This document shows, piece after piece, positions 1 to 6,745 of a DNA stretch of 19,230 bases. Within the stretch, counting starts at the first letter, position 1. Every line of letters begins with the position of its first letter. The translations under genes and the position numbers were made by a program. Origin of the DNA: Oscillospiraceae bacterium (GTDB taxonomy: Bacteria; Bacillota; Clostridia; Oscillospirales; Ruminococcaceae); the NCBI GenBank assembly GCA_020024215.1, contig JAHHUC010000042.1:1-19230 (forward strand). Direction: 5' to 3'. The notes under the pieces are model-generated. The model searched no databases. It saw only the letters and a program-made list of their open reading frames with translations, and was not told where the DNA came from.

Positions 1-141
1 TCAAAGTCAAGCTATATTTTCATGAAAAAGAAAAATTTGTCTCAACACCTTCAAGATTAGATTTTTATGAGTGGGGTATCTTTTGAGGGCTGTTTAATTG
101 TTTGGATTAAAATGTATCGAGAAAAGTTATCAAAAACAAAG

Positions 142-167
142 AAAAACCGCCTGAATAGGCGGTTTTT
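142..167 (-). terminator. Rho-independent terminator downstream of tRNA-Pro
   Basis: Hairpin ccgcct-gaat-aggcgg flanked by aaaaa/ttttt; read on the minus strand it lies directly after the tRNA 3' CCA and is followed by a T-run. Confidence 0.6.
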
Positions 168-168
168 C

Positions 169-244
169 TGGTCGGAGTGAGGTGACTCGAACACCCGGCA
201 TCTTGCTCCCAAAGCAAGCGCGCTACCAACTGCGCTACACCCCG
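169..244 (-). tRNA. tRNA-Pro (anticodon UGG), 76 nt with encoded CCA
   Basis: Reverse complement reads CGGGGTG-TA-GCGC-AGTTGGTA-GCGC-G-CTTGC-TTTGGGA-GCAAG-ATGCC-GGGTG-TTCGAGT-CACCT-CACTCCG-ACCA. The acceptor, D, anticodon and T stems all pair, with G:U wobbles. The T-loop is TTCGAGT and the anticodon loop is TTTGGGA, giving UGG. Confidence 0.9.
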
Positions 245-271
245 TAAAAATCAAGTTTATACAGCCTTGTA

Positions 272-300
272 ATTATATCAAAAAAAAGTTTGTCTGTCAA
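272..300 (-). promoter_or_regulatory. Sigma-A promoter for tRNA-Pro (TTGACA-17-TATAAT)
   Basis: On the minus strand, TTGACA (295-300) is followed by a 17-nt spacer and TATAAT (272-277), about 27 nt upstream of the tRNA 5' end. Both hexamers match consensus exactly. Confidence 0.6.
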
Positions 301-508
301 GGAAAAGCCTTAAATTATTTAGTCACAGTAAGGCTGTTATATGCTATTGAATTGGTTTTTTAATTATGCCAATATTGCTTTTTGTGGTATATATAAGCAT
401 ATATAATATTAAAATTATATGATATGGCATTTTATTTATATGAGGCAAATAGTTTAAGGAAGCATCAAATATTTCCCCAAGATTTTCAATTATATGTTTA
501 CAAACCCT

Positions 509-548
509 AAAGGGTCACGCTTTGCTTAAAGGCAGAGCGTGACCCTTT
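509..548. terminator. Perfect 13-bp stem hairpin downstream of the minus-strand lipoprotein gene; probable bidirectional terminator
   Basis: aaagggtcacgct / agcgtgacccttt with a 14-nt loop. The A/T-run flanks give a U-tract on either strand. It sits 45 nt past the stop of the 594-1295 gene. Confidence 0.5.
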
Positions 549-593
549 ATTCATAGCGGAACTTTATTTATTCAGCCGTTTTCATAAAAAGAG

Positions 594-1295
594 TTAATTG
601 GACCAATTATACAAGGAAAAGAGCATTGTTCTATGGTCATCTATAAGCTTTTGGTTGTCCATCGGCAAATCAGCTTTAAACTCAAATGACCAATAGGTAT
701 CATCCAGCCTGCTGTTGCCCACCATAAAGCGGATGGCGTGCTTGTCGGTTTCATCATCCTGAAATTCTATAAGGTAATAATCGTAATCTCCAAACTTTCC
801 TGTCCAGTCGGTGATGAGGCGATAGCCGAAATCCTGAACGGCATTTTTAAGAAGGCCGTCATGTACATCCGCAACGGTAAAATAGGAGCTTTTCATTTCC
901 TCCAGTATTTTTTCCTTGTCCGAGGTTCCGTAGAATTTTTCCAAATCCGGCGGAGCGGTGTAGAATTTGGCTGTGGCGTACTGCTTCTGATCCTTTTCGT
1001 TCATAATATAGAAGTTTTCTGTCTGAGGTGTTTCAGGCAGCCATGCTGCATCATAACCATCAATTATGTCCATGCCGAGAATCATGTCGCATTTAGATCC
1101 ATGTATGGGTTCATACTGTATAACATACAAAGCATCTTCCTGCTTTTTATACACATTGTCAAAATTATAATCCCTCTTTACAGAGGCTGAACCATCTGTT
1201 GGAAGGTTATTTTCTGAGCTGTCAGAGGCATCCTTTTCGCAGCCTGTAAAAATCATCACGGCAGCCAAAAGGAGGGTTAGGATTTTTTTGCTCAT
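594..1295 (-). CDS. Putative lipoprotein of unknown function (233 aa)
   Basis: N-terminus MSKKILTLLLAAVMIFTGC has a signal peptide and a lipobox (FTGC). Acidic, Asp/Tyr-rich mature part. The hairpin terminator lies downstream. No family recognised. Confidence 0.7.
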   Translation of the reverse strand: MSKKILTLLLAAVMIFTGCEKDASDSSENNLPTDGSASVKRDYNFDNVYKKQEDALYVIQYEPIHGSKCDMILGMDIIDGYDAAWLPETPQTENFYIMNEKDQKQYATAKFYTAPPDLEKFYGTSDKEKILEEMKSSYFTVADVHDGLLKNAVQDFGYRLITDWTGKFGDYDYYLIEFQDDETDKHAIRFMVGNSRLDDTYWSFEFKADLPMDNQKLIDDHRTMLFSLYNWSN

Positions 1296-1435
1296 AAACT
1301 ATTCTCCAATCATAATAATACAAGGATATTATAATCATAAAATTGTAAATAAAACAATATTAAATTGTAAAAAAGTGAAATGCAGCAAAGATAATATTGG
1401 ATAAATAATTGATGCAAAAATGTCAATGATTACTA

Positions 1436-1464
1436 TTGTTATTTCTTCGCTTAAAAGGTAGAAT
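1436..1464 (+). promoter_or_regulatory. Candidate sigma-A promoter for yedF-like operon (TTGTTA-17-TAGAAT)
   Basis: -35 TTGTTA (1436-1441), 17-nt spacer, -10 TAGAAT (1459-1464), about 40 nt upstream of the RBS GGGAGG (1493-1498). Confidence 0.3.
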
Positions 1465-1506
1465 AAACCTAAGTACAAATATTCAATTTTCAGGGAGGTT
1501 TTTTCA

Positions 1507-2091
1507 ATGTTAATAGATGCTATGGGAAAAGAGTGTCCGCTGCCTGTAATAATGGCAAAAAAGCAGCTTGATATGGGAAATCGCAGCCTTGTTGTAAAGG
1601 TCGACAATGAAATAGCTGTGCAGAATCTTAAAAAGCTGGGGGAGAGCATGGGAATTTTGGTTGAGGCCAAGGGAGAAAACAAGGAGTATGAGGTTTACTT
1701 CAAAGGTGAAGAAAATTCAGAAAAAGAGAAAAATGCCGATTTAAAAAATACAACCGAAACAGGCTTTTTTATAGGAAAAGAGCATATAGGTGACGGCGAC
1801 AAAGAATTCGGCATGAATCTTATGAAGATGGCAATTTATACTCTTTCTGAGGACGAAAGGGCACCAAAGTATATTTTCTTTATGAACGGCGGTGTCAAGC
1901 TTGTGTCAAAGGATGAGCAGCAGGTTTGTGAAAACATAGAAAAGATGGAGCAGAAGGGAACAAAGGTACTTGTTTGCGGAGCCTGTCTCAATTATTATGG
2001 CATGACAGAAAATCTCGGCGCAGGAGAAATAAGCAATATGTATGCAATTTTGTCAGCTATGGAAGAATGTGAAAAGGTGGTCACACTCTGA
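1507..2091 (+). CDS. yedF: YedF-type selenium/sulfur metabolism protein (TusA-like N-domain with CPxP motif plus DsrE-like C-domain), 194 aa
   Basis: N-terminal GKECPLPV is the TusA/SirA CPxP sulfurtransferase signature. C-terminal ~110 aa carries the VLVCGACLNYYG Cys motif, DsrE/DsrF-like. RBS GGGAGG is 8 nt upstream. The stop overlaps the next start (TGATG). Confidence 0.75.
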   Translation: MLIDAMGKECPLPVIMAKKQLDMGNRSLVVKVDNEIAVQNLKKLGESMGILVEAKGENKEYEVYFKGEENSEKEKNADLKNTTETGFFIGKEHIGDGDKEFGMNLMKMAIYTLSEDERAPKYIFFMNGGVKLVSKDEQQVCENIEKMEQKGTKVLVCGACLNYYGMTENLGAGEISNMYAILSAMEECEKVVTL

Positions 2092-2357
2092 TGGCAGAAA
2101 ATGATTACGGCCTTTTGACATTCAAATCCACGCATACAGCTATGGCAGCTCAGAAGGCTTTGAAGGACAGCGTCAGCTTTCAGGTATGTCCGGTTTTAAG
2201 GATGATAAGCGCCAGCTGCGGCATAGCCTTGAGAATTGCTGTGAAGGATATGGATATTTCAAAAAAATTGCTTTTGGAAAATAAAATAGAGGAAAATATG
2301 TTTGAAATGTACCACATATTTTATGAAAATGGGTCACAGAACTTTAAGTTAATTTGA
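2091..2357 (+). CDS. DUF3343-like small protein (putative Se/S carrier-like), 88 aa
   Basis: ATG overlaps the yedF-like TGA, giving translational coupling. Small protein with conserved Cys residues (QVCPV, SASCG). DUF3343 is a frequent YedF neighbour. Confidence 0.65.
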   Translation: MAENDYGLLTFKSTHTAMAAQKALKDSVSFQVCPVLRMISASCGIALRIAVKDMDISKKLLLENKIEENMFEMYHIFYENGSQNFKLI

Positions 2358-2472
2358 CCTTTTTGTGATAAATAAATAGTTTGTATTGCACATAAAATTA
2401 TACTAAAGCAATATCAAATTGAATTTTTAAAGCATAGAAATTTGTGCAAAAAAGCGAAAAAACACAGGAATG

Positions 2473-2501
2473 TTGCAATTTGTTAACGATTTGTTTATAA
2501 T
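2473..2501 (+). promoter_or_regulatory. Sigma-A promoter for alanine symporter gene (TTGCAA-17-TATAAT)
   Basis: -35 TTGCAA (2473-2478), exact 17-nt spacer, -10 TATAAT (2496-2501). RBS AAGGTGGG (2526-2533) is 6 nt before the TTG start. Confidence 0.6.
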
Positions 2502-2539
2502 AGTACCAAAGTCAAAAATATAAAAAAGGTGGGATTTTT

Positions 2540-3913
2540 TTGGAAATTTTGACAACTATCGTAGGTAAACTTAATGAATTGCTTTGGGGTGCGCCGATGC
2601 TCATACTCCTTTGCGGAACAGGCGTGTGGTACACCTTCAAAACAGGGTTCATTCAGGTGCGCGGCTTTAAGACAGGCTGGAATATGGTTTTCGGAGGGCT
2701 TTTCTCAAAGAAAAAGGAAGCTGCCTCTGAATCGGGAATTTCCTCTTTCCAGGCTCTGGCAACAGCCGTTGCCGCACAGGTGGGAACAGGAAACCTTGCA
2801 GGTGCTGCCACGGCTATTGCAGTCGGCGGACCGGGAGCTATTTTCTGGATGTGGATTTCCGCATTCTTCGGAATGGCAACAATTTATGCTGAGGCCACAA
2901 TGGCTCAGAAGTACAAGCAGGTTGATGATAAGGGTGTGGTTACAGGCGGTCCTGTTTATTACATCAACGGCGCATATAAGGGCACATTGGGAAAAGTCCT
3001 TGCCGGAGCATTTGCTGTTTTCATCATTCTCGCTTTAGGCTTTATGGGAAATGCTGTACAGTCCAACTCCATCGCCGATGCCTTCCAGACAGCATTCCAC
3101 ATCCCCGGCTACATAACGGGTATAATTCTTGCGTTCTTGGCATTCTTCATCTTTGTGGGCGGAATAAAGAGAATAGCCAGCTTCACAGAGAAGATAGTTC
3201 CTATAATGGCTGTATTCTACATTATAGGCTCACTCATTGTAATAGGCGTCAACTTCAGAAACATTCCTCTGGCGTTCTATGAAATTATTGTAGGTGCTTT
3301 CAAGCCCGAGGCTATTGCCGGCGGTGTTATCGGTGCCACAATGAAGGTTGCAATGAGCAAGGGTGTTGCAAGAGGTCTTTTCTCCAATGAGGCAGGTATG
3401 GGCTCTACACCTCATGCACACGCTATCGCAAAGGTTTCTCACCCCTCACAGCAGGGCTTCGTAGCCATGATGGGTGTGTTCCTTGACACATTTGTAATTC
3501 TCAACCTCACAGCTCTTGTTATAATCACAACAAGAACACTTACACCTGATGGCTCACTTACAGGTACAGCTCTTACACAGGCTGCATTTACAAGTGTATT
3601 CGGCGGATTTGGAAATATCTTTATCGCAGTATGCATGCTGTTCTTTGCTTTTTCCACAATCATCGGCTGGTACTTCTTCGGTGAGGCAAACATCAAGTAT
3701 CTCTTCGGCACAAAGGCAGTAAAGATATACAGTTTGGTTGTTTGCGTATGCATCGTGTTAGGTTCTCTTGCAAAGGTTTCCCTGGTATGGGATATGTCCG
3801 ACTGCTTCAATGGTCTTATGGTAATACCTAACCTTATTGCACTTCTGGCATTGACCAATCAGGTTGTGGATATCAAGAAGGATTACTATCAGAACTTCTT
3901 GGAAAAAAACTAA
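2540..3913 (+). CDS. Sodium:alanine (amino acid) symporter, AGCS family, 457 aa
   Basis: Multi-transmembrane protein with the AGCS signature region ...QVGTGNLAGAATAIAVGGPGAIFWMWISAFFGMAT... and SNEAGMGSTP. TTG start with a good RBS. Confidence 0.88.
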   Translation: MEILTTIVGKLNELLWGAPMLILLCGTGVWYTFKTGFIQVRGFKTGWNMVFGGLFSKKKEAASESGISSFQALATAVAAQVGTGNLAGAATAIAVGGPGAIFWMWISAFFGMATIYAEATMAQKYKQVDDKGVVTGGPVYYINGAYKGTLGKVLAGAFAVFIILALGFMGNAVQSNSIADAFQTAFHIPGYITGIILAFLAFFIFVGGIKRIASFTEKIVPIMAVFYIIGSLIVIGVNFRNIPLAFYEIIVGAFKPEAIAGGVIGATMKVAMSKGVARGLFSNEAGMGSTPHAHAIAKVSHPSQQGFVAMMGVFLDTFVILNLTALVIITTRTLTPDGSLTGTALTQAAFTSVFGGFGNIFIAVCMLFFAFSTIIGWYFFGEANIKYLFGTKAVKIYSLVVCVCIVLGSLAKVSLVWDMSDCFNGLMVIPNLIALLALTNQVVDIKKDYYQNFLEKN

Positions 3914-3928
3914 AATAATTTGACTTTT

Positions 3929-3962
3929 AAAGCGCCTTCGCGAAAGCGGAGGTGCTTTTTTG
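3929..3962 (+). terminator. Rho-independent terminator after symporter gene
   Basis: aaagcgccttcgc-gaaa-gcggaggtgcttt: a 10-bp stem with two G:U pairs, a GNRA loop, then TTTTTT (3956-3961). Confidence 0.6.
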
Positions 3963-4034
3963 CTCAAGGGACTTGATAGTTTTGATGTTTGGAATTATAA
4001 TGGGCTTAACAAATTAGAAAAGGGAGATTTTATT

Positions 4035-4325
4035 ATGCAGGTTTATGATACCGTAAATAAAAAGGAAATGGAGCTGGACACACAGGGGCTTATTGATATT
4101 ATCAATGCCGGAAGACAGGTGGATTTTATTTTAAGCGAGCCTGAGACAGATGAGGACGGCTATCTCACATGGGATATTGAACACTGGAGCACTGTTGACG
4201 GTAAAAAATTCATCAGATGCTATTCCTATAAGGGCAGGGTTTTAAGGGATTCCACAACCCACAACATCTATGACCTTGCCAATGATTTTAAGCCGGAAAA
4301 GGCTGCTAAGGTTGAATTGAGCTGA
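4035..4325 (+). CDS. Small acidic hypothetical protein (96 aa)
   Basis: ATG at 4035 is preceded by AGGGAGA with a 7-nt spacer. The longer upstream reading frame (3960) has no RBS. Followed by a strong terminator. No family recognised. Confidence 0.5.
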   Translation: MQVYDTVNKKEMELDTQGLIDIINAGRQVDFILSEPETDEDGYLTWDIEHWSTVDGKKFIRCYSYKGRVLRDSTTHNIYDLANDFKPEKAAKVELS

Positions 4326-4340
4326 TTTTTTGCATATAAG

Positions 4341-4376
4341 AAAGGGGACAGAGAATTTTTTCTCTGTCCCCTTTTT
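4341..4376. terminator. Bidirectional rho-independent terminator between convergent genes
   Basis: aaaggggacagaga-atttttt-tctctgtcccctttt: a 14-bp perfect stem with A-run and T-run flanks. It serves the + gene ending at 4325 and the minus operon ending at 4385. Confidence 0.8.
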
Positions 4377-4384
4377 GGAGTTTT

Positions 4385-5617
4385 TTAGAATTTTCCTGAG
4401 GAGCCGCCATGAGATCTGCCTGAGGAGGAGGAATGGGATGAGGAGCCGCCCCCTCTGCTGCTTGAAGAGGATGTGTCTTTAGGCCGTGCAGATTTTGACA
4501 GTGTGGAGAAGAGGAAAACATTTTTTTGCTGAGGAACATGGAAGGAATCCCTCATCACATATGTATCTGCCCTGTCTTGCATAAACACGGTTTTAAGCTG
4601 TCCTTTAAGTGCGCCTGTGCCGATAAAGCCTGATGCGACGGCGATGGCTATGCACACCACATAATAGAAAAGGGGCATGGGGCCCTTAGGGAGGTTGCCC
4701 ACATCATAGGGATTTCCGCTCTCACCCTTTTTTATGAATTTGTCGCAGGAATCTGCAAAAGCGACGAAGGCTTTGCTGTATCTTCCCTTGGAAAGATCAT
4801 TTAAAATTTTATCAATTATAGCTTCCTGTCCTGCGTCTGTAAAGTAAGCTATGCCCTCTCCTGCGGTAGAAATTGCCCAGTCTCTCTCGCCCATGCTTAT
4901 GAGAAAGAGTATGCCGTTTTGCTGATAACCGTTGTAATCATACCAGTCATCGGCAAAGTCCCTCGGAGATCTGGAATCAAGATAATCCACTGTTGCTATT
5001 GCAACATCAAAGTTATGTCTGCTGCTTATGTCATCCAAAAGCTTATTAAGCTCCTTTGCCTCAGAGGCGGATAAAAGGCAGGCATTATCCACAAATCTGG
5101 GAACAAGCCTTTGGTCAGGAATATGCTCAGAGCCATTGAAACCCGAAAGCGAAATCATATCTGCGGATATTTTGCTTCCTGCTGCTGCAATGAAGCTGTA
5201 AAGCGCAGATGATATGCCCTTTGATGCCATTGTGGTTTTAACTGTGTAGGCAAGCTCGTCACACTCATATTCCTGAAAAATTTTCTGCGCTTCGCCTCCT
5301 GCAAATACAGCCGCATTTTTAGCCTTGCAGTCTATCAAAAGCAGTATTCCGTCTTTTATGCCCTTTTCGGTGTATATATTTTCAGCATCAAAAATAAGCT
5401 TTGTGCCGTTTGGGGAGTTTGTGAGAAACACCTTTGTTTCAATTCCCCAGTTTTCGCTCAATTTTTGAAAAGAGGAGCTTAAAGCTGCCTTTTCCTCCTT
5501 TGTTAGAGCATTTGCCTCATCGTATATGTATATAGGGTCAGAATCTGCAAATACAGATACAGGCAGCAGGGAAAATATGATGAATATAACAAAAACAGAA
5601 GAAATAAATTTTTTCAT
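4385..5617 (-). CDS. TPM-domain (YgcG/TLP18.3-like, tandem) membrane protein with Gly/Ser-rich C-terminal tail, 410 aa
   Basis: Signal peptide MKKFISSVFVIFIIFSLLPVSVFA. Two TPM-like repeats (ANALTKEEKAAL...ILLLID... and ASEAKELNKLLDDIS...GILFLISMGERDW). A TM helix (YYVVCIAIAVASGFIGTGAL). A low-complexity SSSSSRGGGSSSHSSSSGRSHGGSSGKF tail. RBS GGAGGG overlaps the upstream stop. Confidence 0.8.
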   Translation of the reverse strand: MKKFISSVFVIFIIFSLLPVSVFADSDPIYIYDEANALTKEEKAALSSSFQKLSENWGIETKVFLTNSPNGTKLIFDAENIYTEKGIKDGILLLIDCKAKNAAVFAGGEAQKIFQEYECDELAYTVKTTMASKGISSALYSFIAAAGSKISADMISLSGFNGSEHIPDQRLVPRFVDNACLLSASEAKELNKLLDDISSRHNFDVAIATVDYLDSRSPRDFADDWYDYNGYQQNGILFLISMGERDWAISTAGEGIAYFTDAGQEAIIDKILNDLSKGRYSKAFVAFADSCDKFIKKGESGNPYDVGNLPKGPMPLFYYVVCIAIAVASGFIGTGALKGQLKTVFMQDRADTYVMRDSFHVPQQKNVFLFSTLSKSARPKDTSSSSSRGGGSSSHSSSSGRSHGGSSGKF

Positions 5618-5629
5618 CTCTAATCCCTC

Positions 5630-6715
5630 CTAAAACAGAAAATGAAGTATAAGGGCACAGATCATGGAGGCGGCAAATCCGCAGCTGCCATATATGCCGA
5701 ACCACTTCCAATAGGCGTTTTTATCCATAGGGAGATTTCCCACAAATTTTCCTGTCTGCCCATTCATTGCAAAGATGTAATTTTCATTGTTCCATGTTGT
5801 GTTCAAAATCCACACCGGGTATAGAACATATTTTACCTTTCCGTCTGTCAGGTTTACATTTCCGCCGTCGGAGGATACAGAGTTAAAGCCGGAGATGGTG
5901 TTTCTGAATAGATTCTCTGTGGTCAGACGTATCCTTTTTCTTGCCCTCTGCTTTGTCTCTTCGGATGAAACATCATATTTGTCTGCCATATATCCTGCAA
6001 GATAGGAGGTCTGAAAATCCACCGCCTGAGAGAAATCAAAGGGCTCTATTGATTCCATAAGGTCATCTGCCAGCTTGGAGGAGCCGTCAACAGGCACATT
6101 TTCAAATGCGACAGTTCCTGCTCTTATGATGCTGTAATGTCTGGTTTCGGTGTAGTTGTAATTTTTGTCGCTCCATGTTCTGAGCTTTTTTCCCCTGTAT
6201 TTTAAATGGGCGTTTACATCTGCATCAAAAAGCCAGAAGGGAACATAAATACCCTTTATTTCATCAATGTGGTTTTCGGATTTGAAAACGGTGGGAAGAA
6301 GCTTTTTGCCTGTGAGATGCTTTTTGAATTTTTCCTTTGCGGTTTTTTTATCCAGCTTGAAGGGGATGACAAAATCCGGCTTCAAATCACCTTCAAAGCG
6401 ACCTTTGAGAATAACCGGATTATCACAGAAGGGGCACTTTGTGGAGCCGGTGTTTTCATCTTTGATAATTTCTCCTCCGCAGGAATTGCAGACAAACGTG
6501 AAAAGCCCGTCCTGCTCTCCCTCCTGCCACTGTCTGCCGTCATCTTGCCAGTCGATGTTGTCCTCGTTGCTTTCATGGAGCTCTGCATCATATATTTTAA
6601 GGACATCATGGTCAAATTCCGTGTCGCAATAGGGGCATTTAAGCTTTTGGGCCTCTGTATTGAATTCTATGGAGCCGCCGCATTTTGGACACTTATATTC
6701 CATTATGGTGGACAC
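5630..6715 (-). CDS. Double zinc-ribbon membrane-anchored protein (YdjG-like), 361 aa
   Basis: Two CxxC...CxxC ribbons at the N-terminus (CPKCGG...CPYC; CNSCGG...CPFC), a central ~230-aa domain and a C-terminal TM helix (FGIYGSCGFAASMICALILHFLF). GTG start with AGGAG 8 nt upstream. The stop overlaps the RBS of the TPM gene. Confidence 0.75.
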   Translation of the reverse strand: MSTIMEYKCPKCGGSIEFNTEAQKLKCPYCDTEFDHDVLKIYDAELHESNEDNIDWQDDGRQWQEGEQDGLFTFVCNSCGGEIIKDENTGSTKCPFCDNPVILKGRFEGDLKPDFVIPFKLDKKTAKEKFKKHLTGKKLLPTVFKSENHIDEIKGIYVPFWLFDADVNAHLKYRGKKLRTWSDKNYNYTETRHYSIIRAGTVAFENVPVDGSSKLADDLMESIEPFDFSQAVDFQTSYLAGYMADKYDVSSEETKQRARKRIRLTTENLFRNTISGFNSVSSDGGNVNLTDGKVKYVLYPVWILNTTWNNENYIFAMNGQTGKFVGNLPMDKNAYWKWFGIYGSCGFAASMICALILHFLF

Positions 6716-6745
6716 TTATCTCACTCCTTTTACGCTTTCGGCATA

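Noticed and set aside
57-254. 65-aa minus-strand ORF
   Set aside because: It fully overlaps the tRNA-Pro gene and its terminator. No RBS. An artefact of the ORF scan.
738-1190. 150-aa plus-strand ORF
   Set aside because: Antisense to the lipoprotein CDS. Low-complexity hydrophobic translation, no RBS.
1335-1682. 115-aa minus-strand ORF
   Set aside because: It spans the divergent promoter region and the antisense of the yedF-like start. No RBS. AT-rich nonsense translation.
2574-3038. 154-aa plus-strand ORF (alternative frame inside the symporter gene)
   Set aside because: The Arg/Ser/Gln-rich translation is typical of an off-frame read of a GC-richer membrane-protein gene.
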